NCBI RefSeq assembly: GCF_049667325.1
Contig: NZ_JBATHY010000032.1
Span: forward strand, 1 to 46,057
Length of the DNA: 46,057 nucleotides
Direction of reading: 5' to 3'
From: Parasphingorhabdus sp.
GTDB lineage: Bacteria > Pseudomonadota > Alphaproteobacteria > Sphingomonadales > Sphingomonadaceae
This document shows, one piece after another, positions 33,926-44,376 of this stretch (positions are counted from its first letter, which is position 1; every line of letters starts with the position of its first letter). The translations under genes and the position numbers were made by a program. The notes under the pieces were generated by a model. That model was not told the DNA's origin. It made no database searches and saw only the letters and a program-made list of their open reading frames with translations.

Positions 33926-35276
33926 CCATTCTATCCCCGGTACCGAAGAAACCGGAACTCCGTCAGCTGCGTGTAATGTGCTGTCGCGGCTCGATGATAT
34001 TGGAAACGAGCCGCGCTATGTCGGGAAATTATCTGCCCATGACAACGGCATGCTGGAGGTTACCGGTTTCGAGTATCCGCTTGGTTATTCGGGGCGGGTA
34101 ACCGCGACCGACGGCCGAGAGATCAGCGCTGAAGTTGTCGGTTTCAAAGGAGCCAGGACGCTCATGATCCCGATGGTTCAGGACGCTCCTTTGCGGGGCG
34201 GAAGCCGGGTATTGCCGTACGCCAAATCCAATCAGGCGGCGGTCGGCGAAGCCCTGTTTGGCCGGGTGATTGGACCTATGGGTGAACCGATTGACGGCAA
34301 AGGCCCGATTTTGACCACCGAAACTGTTCCATTGGCGGGACAAGAAGGCAATGTCCTGCGGCGGGCCAGCGTTTCCCGGCCCATCGACATCGGTATTCGC
34401 GCGCTGAACGGCCTGCTGACTATCGGACAGGGACAGCGCATTGCGATTATTGCAGGCTCGGGTGTCGGCAAGTCAATGTTGATCAACCAGATACTGGACG
34501 GGGTCGTCGCCGACGTGGTAGTTGTCGGCTTGATCGGCGAACGTGGCCGCGAAGTTAACGATTTTGTCAGCCGCCGGCGTGAAAAGAAAGATGCTGTGCC
34601 AACGGTGACCATCGCCGTTCCCGCCGATCATTCACCTTCTTCCCGATTGAAAGCCGCCTACAGGGCAACCGCCATCGCGGAACATTTTAGATCAAAGGGA
34701 CTGTCGGTAGTTCTGGTTATCGATAGTCTCACCCGCGTGGCGCATGCGCAGCGAGAGATTGGCCTGGCCGCCGGTGAACCCCCGACTATGAAAGGTTACC
34801 CGCCATCAGCACTCTCATTGATCCCGCGATTGGTCGAGCGAGCTGGAAACGACAGTGAAACCGGTGGATCGATAACTGCAATTTACACCGTGCTGGCGGA
34901 TGGCGATGATATGGACGATCCTGTGGTCGACAGTGCTCGCGCCATAGCTGACGGTCATATTATTTTGTCCAGGTCGTTGGCGGAGCAGGGAATTTTTCCA
35001 GCGATTGATGTGGGAAAGTCAATTAGCCGCGTCGCGGTCGATATTATTGAATCCGAACATCTAGATGTACAGCTTCACTTCCGGCGTCTGTGGTCCATTT
35101 ACGAGGAAAACCGGGATCTGGTCCTGATGGGTGCTTATCAAGCGGGCAATGACCCGAGCATTGACGAGGCTCTCGCAAACTGGCCGTTGCTTATCGAATA
35201 TATCAAGCAGAAACCGCGGGAACTGGTGGATCTTAGAACAAGCGTGGCCCAGCTTTCTGATTTGTTTGCGACATGA
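33918..35276 (+). CDS. fliI: export ATPase FliI
   Basis: AGSGVGKS Walker A; LIGERGREV; DSLTR; GEPPTMKGYPPS. Confidence 0.97.
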   Translation: MTDHSIPGTEETGTPSAACNVLSRLDDIGNEPRYVGKLSAHDNGMLEVTGFEYPLGYSGRVTATDGREISAEVVGFKGARTLMIPMVQDAPLRGGSRVLPYAKSNQAAVGEALFGRVIGPMGEPIDGKGPILTTETVPLAGQEGNVLRRASVSRPIDIGIRALNGLLTIGQGQRIAIIAGSGVGKSMLINQILDGVVADVVVVGLIGERGREVNDFVSRRREKKDAVPTVTIAVPADHSPSSRLKAAYRATAIAEHFRSKGLSVVLVIDSLTRVAHAQREIGLAAGEPPTMKGYPPSALSLIPRLVERAGNDSETGGSITAIYTVLADGDDMDDPVVDSARAIADGHIILSRSLAEQGIFPAIDVGKSISRVAVDIIESEHLDVQLHFRRLWSIYEENRDLVLMGAYQAGNDPSIDEALANWPLLIEYIKQKPRELVDLRTSVAQLSDLFAT

Positions 35277-35719
35277 AGCGGCGCGTTAGAGGACTGCGGC
35301 GCGTGTTAAAGGTTCGCGATACCCAGAAGCGTTTGAAGGAACGCGCTCTGATCAAGGCTGGCAGCCATTATGCTCAGTTAGAAAGTAACGCACAGCGAAT
35401 CAGAAACCTTCACACCGAAACCCATCAGAGCGAAGTTGCGGTAACGGCAGGAATTCTGGCTGCCAAAATGGAACTGTCTGATCGTTTGTTGGATGCGTCG
35501 CATGTGGTCGAGGTGTCCGTTCAAGCCGCGATGCAAAGTCTTGCCGCGGCAGAGCGGCAAAATCTTGCCGCTCAGGCAATTCATGAAGGTACCGAAAAGT
35601 TACTGAAATCAAAAGTTTCGATACTCCGAAAAACGGTAGCGCGGCAAGAGGATGCTACTAGTAACATATTGTATAACATAGACAAATATAGAAAAAAGGA
35701 ATCCTGTGATGATTGGTAA
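35273..35719 (+). CDS. fliJ: probable FliJ
   Basis: 148-aa basic coiled coil, ATGA-coupled to fliI; assignment largely positional. Confidence 0.65.
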   Translation: MKRRVRGLRRVLKVRDTQKRLKERALIKAGSHYAQLESNAQRIRNLHTETHQSEVAVTAGILAAKMELSDRLLDASHVVEVSVQAAMQSLAAAERQNLAAQAIHEGTEKLLKSKVSILRKTVARQEDATSNILYNIDKYRKKESCDDW

Positions 35720-37385
35720 AATCATGTCTGAAGCTGCTCACTCTATAATTGGCATGTTTTCTGCAAAGCCATTAGTCATGGAAAATAACGCTTCAATTTC
35801 TGAATTTGGATCGCTTCTGCGATCTCCCGAGGAAAAGCGTCATTCCAATCCCGAGGGTAAGGAAATCGCCGCTTTCGAAGTTGATAATGTCAGTACCGGC
35901 GAGACCGATCCTGCTGCTGGCCAACGCTGGGACACGACCAATGTCCTGCCTTTAATCAATCAGGGTTTTGGCAACACAATATTTGGACAGAAGCAAACTG
36001 CTCTGAATGTGGAGCAGGACCAGGCCACGGTCGAGTCTGGCGATTTCGCTAAACCGCAAGGGAAACTGTCGCTCGCGTTTAATCAGGATATGTTGAACAA
36101 TCCGAACCGATTGCAGAACACCAACTCTACTGACCCTAGTGCCGATGGCCATCTCGCGAAGGCAACAGCGATTGCGACCTCGGATATTTTGTCACCGCAG
36201 ACAAACGTTAACTTAGGTAATGGGCCTCAGATCGGATTGAGATCTACCGTTGAGCCGGCACCGGATATTTTGTCGCCGCAGGCAGACGTCAATTTAGGCA
36301 TCGGGTCGCAGATCGGAATAGTATCTCCTATTGGCGCGCCAGATATGGTCGATGGTCGGCCGGTCAATAAAGGGCTCCTGCCCGCGCAAACGGGAGAGGT
36401 GATAGACGGGAATAAATTTCGGAACCATCACGCCCGGACAGCCGAAGAGTTTCAACTGCGGTCGCAGATTCGTGAAAATTCGGTCAGCAATGAAATCTTT
36501 CCAAGCAGCGACAAGGGGCTTTTGAAACTGCAAAGCCTGCAACCGCGATTGCGCAGTGAAATCGAGGAGCTTGTGGCATCGTCGGCAAAGCCGCCAAAAT
36601 CGGACGGATCGGAGCGTACAGACGTCCAGTTCGCCGCTTATCCAGCCAAATCGGAAGCAAGCAAGCCAGCGCCGACATTATTCCCGCTTTTAACAAACAG
36701 CGGAGAACAACAGGATGCACGGTCCGGGAAGGGTCAGTCTGGTTTTCAATCATCGCCGCAGGATTCTTCGCCAATTCGTCCAGCTGGTCAGCTCAAGCCG
36801 GCCATTGCTGACGGTGAGTTTGCTGAACCGGCCAAGCTGGATTTGCCTTCGGCAACCAAAAGCCTCGAGACATCGATCGACCAACAACCGATCACCAATT
36901 CTTCGGCGCAGATGGCCGTCCGTGCCACGATACAAAAGCCCGTTCCCTTCGACATGTCCACCCCGCAGATTGCCGAGCGACTTGCTGCTGAAATCGCGGA
37001 TATTTCGGTAACCGGCGGATCAAAGAAATTTGAAATCAATCCTCGAAATCTGGGCCGGATGGAAATTACTTTCACCACGCGCGGTTCAGCGGAGATCATT
37101 GAAATTCAAACGGAGCACAGAGCGGCCAAAGACGTCATAGTCCAGCATAGCCAGATGCTCCAGGACATTTTGAAATCCAGTGGGCGCGATGACCTGACCT
37201 TCCGCGTTGATGTGAAAGAAAATATGTTCGCGTCGACAAGAAACGATGGTGCCAGTCTTTCGCAGCAGGAAAATCGCGACACGCGGGAACAGCAAGCAAG
37301 ACCCTCGCCGCGGCGCCAAACCGCATCGTCTTTCGACAGCACTGCCGAAAACGATCCCGAATCCGACAATAGCCGATACGCCTGA
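35706..37385 (+). CDS. fliK: hook-length control protein FliK
   Basis: Long low-complexity N-terminus; C-terminal INPRNLGRMEI T3S4-type domain; lies between fliJ and fliL. Confidence 0.85.
   Translation: MMIGKIMSEAAHSIIGMFSAKPLVMENNASISEFGSLLRSPEEKRHSNPEGKEIAAFEVDNVSTGETDPAAGQRWDTTNVLPLINQGFGNTIFGQKQTALNVEQDQATVESGDFAKPQGKLSLAFNQDMLNNPNRLQNTNSTDPSADGHLAKATAIATSDILSPQTNVNLGNGPQIGLRSTVEPAPDILSPQADVNLGIGSQIGIVSPIGAPDMVDGRPVNKGLLPAQTGEVIDGNKFRNHHARTAEEFQLRSQIRENSVSNEIFPSSDKGLLKLQSLQPRLRSEIEELVASSAKPPKSDGSERTDVQFAAYPAKSEASKPAPTLFPLLTNSGEQQDARSGKGQSGFQSSPQDSSPIRPAGQLKPAIADGEFAEPAKLDLPSATKSLETSIDQQPITNSSAQMAVRATIQKPVPFDMSTPQIAERLAAEIADISVTGGSKKFEINPRNLGRMEITFTTRGSAEIIEIQTEHRAAKDVIVQHSQMLQDILKSSGRDDLTFRVDVKENMFASTRNDGASLSQQENRDTREQQARPSPRRQTASSFDSTAENDPESDNSRYA
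36181..36342 (+). repeat. 81-nt-period tandem duplication inside fliK
   Basis: CGGATATTTTGTCACCGCAG... at 36181 and CGGATATTTTGTCGCCGCAG... at 36262 (DILSPQTNVNLGNGPQIG / DILSPQADVNLGIGSQIG). Confidence 0.85.
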
Positions 37386-37429
37386 AAACCAATCCCGGAT
37401 CCAGAAATCTAGTTAAACCAGAGGTCACA

Positions 37430-38005
37430 ATGTCAGAGACGAACACAGACGAAGAAGTTCCAAAGAGCAAGAAAAAGGGTAAACTCAAGCCCATACTTTT
37501 TGGCACTATACTGATTGTATTGCTTGGAGGTGGCGGTGCTGCCGGAGGCTTTTATGCGGCCGGAATGTTGGGTGGAGGTCAGGAAGAGGCTGAAGACCCT
37601 AACAAGCCGAAGATCATCATGAAAGATGGGACCGCGGTGAGCGACAAGGAAGCGAGCCAGGTCACGCCGAAGCAGTCGTCCAGTGCCTTCAAAGTGACTT
37701 ATCACCAGATTGAACAGCCGTTTACATCAAATCTTTCGAATTCGGACAGCTTCGCGCAATTGTCCTTGGCTGTGTCTACTTACTATGACGAACGCGTTTT
37801 CGAAAATGTGACCAATCATGAGATCGCCATTCGATCGGCTATCCTGATGGAGTTGGGGCAGCAAGATGCGATCGAACTGGAGGCTCCAGAAGGCAAGCTC
37901 AAGCTAAAGAAAAAACTGCGAAATATAATCAACGAAACGCTGAAAGAGAAAACCGGCTTTGGCGGAATCGAAGATGTCTACTTTACCAACATCGTTGTTC
38001 AATAA
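37430..38005 (+). CDS. fliL: basal body-associated protein FliL
   Basis: KKKGK + TM; FTSNL; IRSAIL; VYFTNIVVQ. Confidence 0.94.
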   Translation: MSETNTDEEVPKSKKKGKLKPILFGTILIVLLGGGGAAGGFYAAGMLGGGQEEAEDPNKPKIIMKDGTAVSDKEASQVTPKQSSSAFKVTYHQIEQPFTSNLSNSDSFAQLSLAVSTYYDERVFENVTNHEIAIRSAILMELGQQDAIELEAPEGKLKLKKKLRNIINETLKEKTGFGGIEDVYFTNIVVQ

Positions 38006-38028
38006 GGGTTTCGGAAAGTAGCAAGATC

Positions 38029-38952
38029 ATGACAAATTCCAATTCATCACCAACCGAATCCGGAACCGAGGCAGCGGAGAATGTCGCCGGCCCGGCAAAT
38101 CACAGCCTGCTAAAAAAAGGCGGCCCGGACGACATTTTGTTGCTGGCCTATAAAAAGGTCGAGAAAAAACTGGAAGGTGCTTTGAAAGTTCATCTTTCAA
38201 ATGTCGTTGATTGTGACATGGCCGTGGAAGTTGGCGAAAGTGCAAAGCTGTCCTTTAAAGATTGGCTTGCCGGTCAGGAGAACGACTCGGTTTATCTCAA
38301 GTTTCAACTGGGCGCTTTGGAGAATCCGATATTGGTTCGGGTCGCCCGGACATTTCTGACTGCATCCGTCGATTGTTTCTTTGGCGGGCAATTCGATGGC
38401 AATATCCAAAGCACTGGCGAACTTAAAAAATCAGAAATTGCGATGGTCGAACGGTTGGGTGGTGCGATTGCTACCGGCCTGACCGAGTCCTGGTCAACTC
38501 TTTTCGAGACGACGGTCCGTTACAGCTGCTGTATCTACGACAAGGATGAAATTGAATTGGTTCTGGAAGACGACAATGTTCTGGTTTCCGCTACATCCAT
38601 TGAACTCTCGGGGCACGAGATCGCGGCATTCGATGTCGTCCAATCACTAGATGGTCTGATAGCGGTCGAGCCACAATTGAACCGTCCCCATCTCCGAGAA
38701 GTGAATGCGGTTGATCCTGTCTGGAAGGCCGATCTCAAAGATTCCGTCGAACAAATTTACCTACCAGTCCGTTCGGTACTCGCCCGTCCGACAATGCAGC
38801 TATCCGAACTCTCCCGACTTGCCGTCGGCGATATCTTACCCGTCGCACCAACGGACAATGTTCCGTTAATCGTTGGAGACCGGGTTTTTGCTCACGGCAG
38901 CATTGGCGAGCAAAGCGGCGGTGTAGCCTTCAAAATCTCAAATTTTTTATAG
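38029..38952 (+). CDS. fliM: motor switch protein FliM (lacks a clear N-terminal LSQxEIDxLL CheY-binding peptide)
   Basis: VDCFFGG; C-terminal SpoA-like LSELSRLAVGDILP...G.IGE; position. Confidence 0.85.
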   Translation: MTNSNSSPTESGTEAAENVAGPANHSLLKKGGPDDILLLAYKKVEKKLEGALKVHLSNVVDCDMAVEVGESAKLSFKDWLAGQENDSVYLKFQLGALENPILVRVARTFLTASVDCFFGGQFDGNIQSTGELKKSEIAMVERLGGAIATGLTESWSTLFETTVRYSCCIYDKDEIELVLEDDNVLVSATSIELSGHEIAAFDVVQSLDGLIAVEPQLNRPHLREVNAVDPVWKADLKDSVEQIYLPVRSVLARPTMQLSELSRLAVGDILPVAPTDNVPLIVGDRVFAHGSIGEQSGGVAFKISNFL

Positions 38953-38958
38953 GACCAG

Positions 38959-39303
38959 ATGATGAATGATATGACTCATGATAGCGAAATGCTGGACGCT
39001 GCAACCCGCGTCGACATCGAAGGGGCATCGTCCCAGGACCATTATCGGTTCTTGTCCGATATCAAAGTGCGGCTTTCGGTCGAAGTCGGCAATGTATCAA
39101 TGACAATTTCCGAAATTATGAACTTGCGAGAAGGGTCTGTGGTCGAACTGGACAGACAGGTCGACCAACTGATTGACATCAACGTAAACGGAACGCTTGT
39201 CGCCCGGGGAGAGGTTGTTCCGGTCAAAAATAAATTCGGTGTGCGTATTGCGGAGATCGTATCCAATGGAATGACGCGCGCGCATGTAGAAAGGCGCAAT
39301 TGA
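38959..39303 (+). CDS. fliN: motor switch protein FliN
   Basis: DIKVRLSVEVG...GSVVELDR...VNG.LVARGEVV...FGVRI. Confidence 0.96.
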   Translation: MMNDMTHDSEMLDAATRVDIEGASSQDHYRFLSDIKVRLSVEVGNVSMTISEIMNLREGSVVELDRQVDQLIDINVNGTLVARGEVVPVKNKFGVRIAEIVSNGMTRAHVERRN

Positions 39304-39557
39304 TGACCTTCTATATCATCAAGCTGTTCATCATGTTGCCATTGATAGGTCTGCTGATCTTCGGATGTCTATGGCTTTACCGAAAATATCAGCCGCAGAT
39401 GATGATGCGGCCGAGTTCCAATCTTCTAAATGTCGTCGAAACGCTGCCCCTTGGTGTGCAGAGTAAGCTGGCGGTGGTTGATTTCGGTGGTCAGCAGATA
39501 TTGTTGGCCGTTACCCGCAACGGTATTCAGAAAATTGACACTCATCATGCGAAATAG
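39303..39557 (+). CDS. fliO: FliO
   Basis: TM + [10 protein letters not shown]...LAVVDF...ILLAVT; TGATG coupling to fliN. Confidence 0.88.
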   Translation: MTFYIIKLFIMLPLIGLLIFGCLWLYRKYQPQMMMRPSSNLLNVVETLPLGVQSKLAVVDFGGQQILLAVTRNGIQKIDTHHAK

Positions 39558-40323
39558 CGTAAAAATAGCTTTAGCTGTCGTCCTGTTCTTCGCTTCCGCT
39601 TATACCGCAGATCCGGCATTCGCTCAGGATACGGCTCCGGGAGCTTCTGTCGCTTTGGAACGAGCGCTGGACGACATTTCAGGTGATGGTCAACCACTGA
39701 GTACGACTTTGCAGATATTGATCGTAATGGGTCTGATGACGGTGCTGCCATCGATCATATTGATGATGACCAGCTTCACCCGGATCATCATTGTCCTCTC
39801 GATTTTGCGCCATGCGCTGGGTTTGCAGCAGTCACCGCCGAATCAGGTCTTGCTTGGCCTGGCGCTGTTCTTGTCGATGTTCGTGATGGCGCCGCAAATC
39901 GAACAGATCAACGAGCAGGCGATTGCGCCTTATTCTGCTGACGAGATAGAGTTGACAGAAGCCATCGAAAAGTCTGGAACGATCATGCACGGCTTCATGG
40001 CCAAACAGACCCGGCAGAGCGATCTGAAGCTGTTCATGGAACTGTCTAACAAAAAGGGATTTTCATCCGCAGAAGAGATTCCGTTTTCAATAATGCTACC
40101 GGCTTTCGTAACCAGCGAACTCAAGACAGCTTTCCAAATCGGATTTCTCGTATTCCTGCCATTTCTCATCATTGATCTCGTTGTCGCAGCCGTCTTGATG
40201 TCACTCGGTATGATGATGCTTTCGCCCGTGATTATTTCAATGCCCTTCAAATTGCTGCTGTTCGTGATGATTGATGGATGGGCACTGACCATGGGTTCTC
40301 TTGCCGGCTCTTTTGCGACCTAG
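39547..40323 (+). CDS. fliP: export gate protein FliP
   Basis: [54 protein letters not shown]. Confidence 0.97.
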   Translation: MRNSVKIALAVVLFFASAYTADPAFAQDTAPGASVALERALDDISGDGQPLSTTLQILIVMGLMTVLPSIILMMTSFTRIIIVLSILRHALGLQQSPPNQVLLGLALFLSMFVMAPQIEQINEQAIAPYSADEIELTEAIEKSGTIMHGFMAKQTRQSDLKLFMELSNKKGFSSAEEIPFSIMLPAFVTSELKTAFQIGFLVFLPFLIIDLVVAAVLMSLGMMMLSPVIISMPFKLLLFVMIDGWALTMGSLAGSFAT

Positions 40324-40326
40324 AAC

Positions 40327-40602
40327 ATGACAGATAATCCAGATTTCTTCATCGGCATTGCACAGCAGGCCCTGTGGATCACCGCTCTGGCAGCGGCCCC
40401 GTTTCTGATCCCCGCCCTGCTGGTGGGACTGTTGCTGGGCATGGTGCAGGCCGCAACGTCGATCAACGAGCAAACATTGACCTTTGTTCCCAAGCTAATC
40501 GTCGTTGCCGGTGTGGTTGGTGTTTTCGGAGGGTCAATTTTGTTGCTGATAGCGGACTTCACCCGGGAAATTTATGCACGCATTCCGGACCTCTTGCTAT
40601 GA
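40327..40602 (+). CDS. fliQ: export gate protein FliQ
   Basis: QAATSINEQTLTFVPKL. Confidence 0.97.
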   Translation: MTDNPDFFIGIAQQALWITALAAAPFLIPALLVGLLLGMVQAATSINEQTLTFVPKLIVVAGVVGVFGGSILLLIADFTREIYARIPDLLL

Positions 40603-41381
40603 TCGCGCCAGGGTTTGCAGAATTTGAAGGCCAGATGTGGATGTGGCTGATGGCGATGATCCGGCCGAGTGCCGCGATGGTTGTCGCACCGATCTTTGGT
40701 GCGGCCAACGTTCCAGTGCAAGTCCGTATCCTGCTCGCGTTCATGATCGGAATGGTTGCTACCAGCAGCGTTAGCTTTGATTTGCCTACCGAAACAGCGA
40801 TTACCTTGGGCAATAGCTTGTTTGTTTTGGGTGAGGTCATTACCGGTCTGGCGATCGGTTTTGCGCTGCAGCTTGGATATTCCAGCGTATTGATCGCCGG
40901 TGAGACAATCAGCAACGCAATGGGCCTCGGTTTTGCTAGCATGTCAGACCCTCAAACCGGCCAATCCACACCGGTAATTGGTCAGTTTCTTACTATTTTC
41001 GCGACATTGCTTTTGCTCGCCATTGACGGTCATCTGATGTTGATCGCGATTATTGTTAAGAGTTATGCCTCGCTTCCTCCCGGCTTTGCGATGATGGGGC
41101 CGGAAATGCTTTACGGTATGGTGCAATTTGGCGGGACGCTATTTTCAATGGGCTTGCTCATCGCTTTGCCGGTGGGTGGCGCACTCATTCTCGTGCAGAT
41201 GATGATGGGTTTTCTGGCCCGGACGGCGCCCGCGCTCAACCTGTTTGCGGTCGGAATACCGGTTACAATTACCTTTGGTCTGGTGGCGCTAGCGGCCACT
41301 GCACCGATCCTTGCCGATGCCGTAATCCAGGCATTGGGAATGGGTCTTGATCAGGCGACGCTTGTCGCCGGAGGTGGCTAG
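40599..41381 (+). CDS. fliR: export gate protein FliR
   Basis: APIFG...VP..VR; AGE.I...MGLGFA...DP; DGHL; RTAPALNLFAVGIP. Confidence 0.95.
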   Translation: MIAPGFAEFEGQMWMWLMAMIRPSAAMVVAPIFGAANVPVQVRILLAFMIGMVATSSVSFDLPTETAITLGNSLFVLGEVITGLAIGFALQLGYSSVLIAGETISNAMGLGFASMSDPQTGQSTPVIGQFLTIFATLLLLAIDGHLMLIAIIVKSYASLPPGFAMMGPEMLYGMVQFGGTLFSMGLLIALPVGGALILVQMMMGFLARTAPALNLFAVGIPVTITFGLVALAATAPILADAVIQALGMGLDQATLVAGGG

Positions 41382-42523
41382 TGGCTGAAGAATCCCCCGG
41401 TGGCGGAGAAAAGACCGAAGCACCAACGCCTAAAAAACTCACCGACAGTTCCAAAAAAGGCGATGTCCTTCAATCCCGCGATCTTGGTGGTGCGATGGTT
41501 ATCTTTGTCGGTACGATTGGCTTCCTGATGTTCGGCGGCCTGCTTTACGGCGCGTTGGCCGATATGGTCGCCGGCGCGCTTGTCATCCATCCCCAGGATA
41601 TCGAGGATTTCGACGTCGGCGGTCGCAGCGTGGCTTTGGTATCCAGTATAGTACCGACATTTATGAGCCTGTTCGCATTGTTGATAGTCGCTGCGGTTGC
41701 GACGCCTGCATTGCTGGGTTCGTTAGGCTTTCGTTGGTCCGCGATGAAACCGAAACCGTCAAAACTAGACCCGATAAAGGGATTGAAGCGCATTTTCGGA
41801 TCCAACGGGGTCATGGAACTCGGCAAATCTTTGATGAAAGTGGTTTTGATCGGTTCTGTGGGCGGATCGATAATATCTTTGCATCTTGATGAACTCGCTC
41901 AGCTTGCCGCCCAGGATATTGACAACGCGATTGCCAGCTATGCATCACTGTTCCTCAAGCTCCTGCTTGGGATCTGCGTCTGCTTGGTGCTGATTGCGAT
42001 GATCGATGTTCCTATACAGCTGTTTCAACGCGGCAAGCGGTTGAAAATGACGAAGCAGGAAATCAAGGACGAAAACAAGGAAGCCGAGGGCTCTCCCGAC
42101 GTCCGCGCTCTCCAGCGACAGCGACGGGCAGAAATGCTCAACGATTCCACGCGCAAAGCTGTGTCGGAAGCTACGGTAATCTTGGTCAATCCTACTCACT
42201 TCGCCGTTGCTCTGCGATACGACCGCGAAAAGGATATGGCTCCCGTCGTGCTCGGCAAAGGATGCGACGCCATTGCGCTGGCGATGCGTGAAATGGCCGG
42301 CGAACTCGGCACACCGGTTATGGAATATCCGGACCTGACGCGATCGATATATTATACATCGGAAGTCGGTGACGTGATTGATGATCGTCTCTACGCCGCG
42401 GTAGCCATGATCCTCAGCTTCCTGATCCAGATAGATGCCAAATTGGTCAGTCCAATCCACAAGCCCAAAATCTCGCTGCCCGATGACGTCAAATATAATG
42501 TTGATGGCGCGCGGATGGCCTGA
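41381..42523 (+). CDS. flhB: substrate specificity switch FlhB
   Basis: EKTEAPTPKK; KMTKQEIKDE.KE.EG.P; NPTH autocleavage motif. Confidence 0.97.
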   Translation: MAEESPGGGEKTEAPTPKKLTDSSKKGDVLQSRDLGGAMVIFVGTIGFLMFGGLLYGALADMVAGALVIHPQDIEDFDVGGRSVALVSSIVPTFMSLFALLIVAAVATPALLGSLGFRWSAMKPKPSKLDPIKGLKRIFGSNGVMELGKSLMKVVLIGSVGGSIISLHLDELAQLAAQDIDNAIASYASLFLKLLLGICVCLVLIAMIDVPIQLFQRGKRLKMTKQEIKDENKEAEGSPDVRALQRQRRAEMLNDSTRKAVSEATVILVNPTHFAVALRYDREKDMAPVVLGKGCDAIALAMREMAGELGTPVMEYPDLTRSIYYTSEVGDVIDDRLYAAVAMILSFLIQIDAKLVSPIHKPKISLPDDVKYNVDGARMA

Positions 42524-42543
42524 TTTCAAATTGTACGAACCCA

Positions 42544-42570
42544 TTAATTCCCGTCCCGAAGCACCGTAGA
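42544..42570 (+). promoter_or_regulatory. sigma28 promoter of fliDS, TTAA-N15-ACCGTAGA
   Basis: Motif 20 nt upstream of fliD. Confidence 0.7.
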
Positions 42571-42590
42571 ATACCCAAAGGAAGTTTTTC

Positions 42591-43946
42591 ATGTTCACAA
42601 ATGTTGCAAATAGCCTAGGGGTAGGCTCGGGAATTGACACGGCACAACTGGTCACTGATCTTCTGTCGGCTTCCCAAGGTGTAAAACTCACTCAATTAAA
42701 TACGCGCTCGCAGCTCAATTCTTCCCGAATTTCCGCGATGGCCGCGACCCAGTCAGCTCTCACTACTTTTTCCGCTGCAGTTAAGGAGACGTTGAACGGG
42801 CAGGCTTTTGTCGGTGCACTGGTTTCCGGTCGACAGGATTTGGCAACCGCATCGGTATTACAAGATGCCCGTCCGGAAGGATTGCCTGCCTCGGTTGAGG
42901 TCGTGCAAATTGCAGTAGCCCAGCGCGAAATGTCGGATGTATTTGCTAGCGCCTCTACCGCCGTCGGGGAACGAACGCTCACCATTAACAACAGCGGCGG
43001 TAGTTTTGAAATTGTCATCGACGGCACTAACAATAGCCTGACTGGTATGCGAGACGCGATAAATGCGAGCAATAGCGGCGTAACAGCCATGATATTGACC
43101 GACAATGCAGGAGCCCGTCTTGTGATGGAAGCGCAGGAAGGTACAGCGAAGGCCTTTACTGTGACACAGGGTGGTGCCTCGCCCGCGATGAACTTGACCA
43201 ATATCGCAACGGCTGCGGATAGTATCATCAAAATCGATGGAATCGAGCTTACCAACAGCAGTAACACCGTCACCGGAGCGATACCGGGTGTGCAAATTTC
43301 GCTTTTGGCGGCTCAAGCGGGCACCCAATTTACGATTACCGGTGCTTCGGAACCGCTAGACGTTAGTGAATTGGTAACGGAGTTTGTAACCGCCTATAAT
43401 GAATTGCGCAGTTCAATGAATGCCGCAACCAAACCGGGACTTGCTGGAGGAAGCGGCGGACCGCTGGCCGGCGATCGCGGGGCCCGCGAAGTCATCCGCA
43501 AGCTTAGCCAATTGTCATCAACCCGGCTTACCGATGTTGGTGACTTCAAGACGCTTGCCGATATTGGGGTGCGGACAGAAACTGATGGTACACTGAGTAT
43601 TGACAAGACGCGTCTTGATGCCGCCCTTGCATTGGACAGTGGTGCAATCAAATTGATGCTTGAACCTGCGGTGACTAGTGAAACCCAAATTGGCTTGTCC
43701 GGCGCGCTCGATGCCATTTCTACCGCCTTAAAGAGCGAGAGTGGCGCTTTGACCGTAGCCCAGGCGCGTCTGGAATCTATCCGTGAATCCATTGCCGAAG
43801 CCCGAGAAAAAATTAACGAAGACGGTGAGAAGCTGCGCGAACAGCTGCAGACCACCTTTGCGGGACTGGAGCGGCAACTCTCGATTCTGCGTTCGACACA
43901 ATCTTATGTGGAACAACAATTCGCCTCCTTCAACGACAACAATTGA
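42591..43946 (+). CDS. fliD: filament cap protein FliD
   Basis: LGVGSGIDT..LV; RDAIN....GVTA; SNTV..AIPGV; FV.AYN; TLADIG...DGTL. Confidence 0.95.
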   Translation: MFTNVANSLGVGSGIDTAQLVTDLLSASQGVKLTQLNTRSQLNSSRISAMAATQSALTTFSAAVKETLNGQAFVGALVSGRQDLATASVLQDARPEGLPASVEVVQIAVAQREMSDVFASASTAVGERTLTINNSGGSFEIVIDGTNNSLTGMRDAINASNSGVTAMILTDNAGARLVMEAQEGTAKAFTVTQGGASPAMNLTNIATAADSIIKIDGIELTNSSNTVTGAIPGVQISLLAAQAGTQFTITGASEPLDVSELVTEFVTAYNELRSSMNAATKPGLAGGSGGPLAGDRGAREVIRKLSQLSSTRLTDVGDFKTLADIGVRTETDGTLSIDKTRLDAALALDSGAIKLMLEPAVTSETQIGLSGALDAISTALKSESGALTVAQARLESIRESIAEAREKINEDGEKLREQLQTTFAGLERQLSILRSTQSYVEQQFASFNDNN

Positions 43947-43965
43947 GCTGGGAAAGCACTAGAAC

Positions 43966-44361
43966 ATGACACTTCAGTCCCGAATTCAACGAGCCTCTAG
44001 CTATCAATCTGTCGCAACGGATAGTCGCGTATTGGCGGCAGACCCCTATGAACTCGTTGCAGTGCTTTTCGAAGAACTGCGCGATACACTTAACCTGATG
44101 ATTGAAAGTGCCCGGCGCGGCGACGATGCACGCATTTTCCGATACCGCGCAAAAGCCTTGGCCATTCTCGGTGGTCTGGATGAATCACTGAACTTCGACG
44201 CAGCCGGAGACCTGGCGCAGACCTTGCACATAATATACGCCGAAGCTGCAAAACGCATCCAGATGGAAGGCAGGGAGTCCTGTGTCGAGCGGGTCGAATC
44301 AGCCCGGGAAATGATTCACGAGATAGAGAAAGCCTGGACTGCAATCGCGCCTTTCCACTAG
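43966..44361 (+). CDS. fliS: flagellin chaperone FliS
   Basis: YQSV...ADPYELV.VLF; L..SLNF..GDLA..L..IY; I..AW. Confidence 0.93.
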   Translation: MTLQSRIQRASSYQSVATDSRVLAADPYELVAVLFEELRDTLNLMIESARRGDDARIFRYRAKALAILGGLDESLNFDAAGDLAQTLHIIYAEAAKRIQMEGRESCVERVESAREMIHEIEKAWTAIAPFH

Positions 44362-44376
44362 TTCGGTTGTGGGCGG

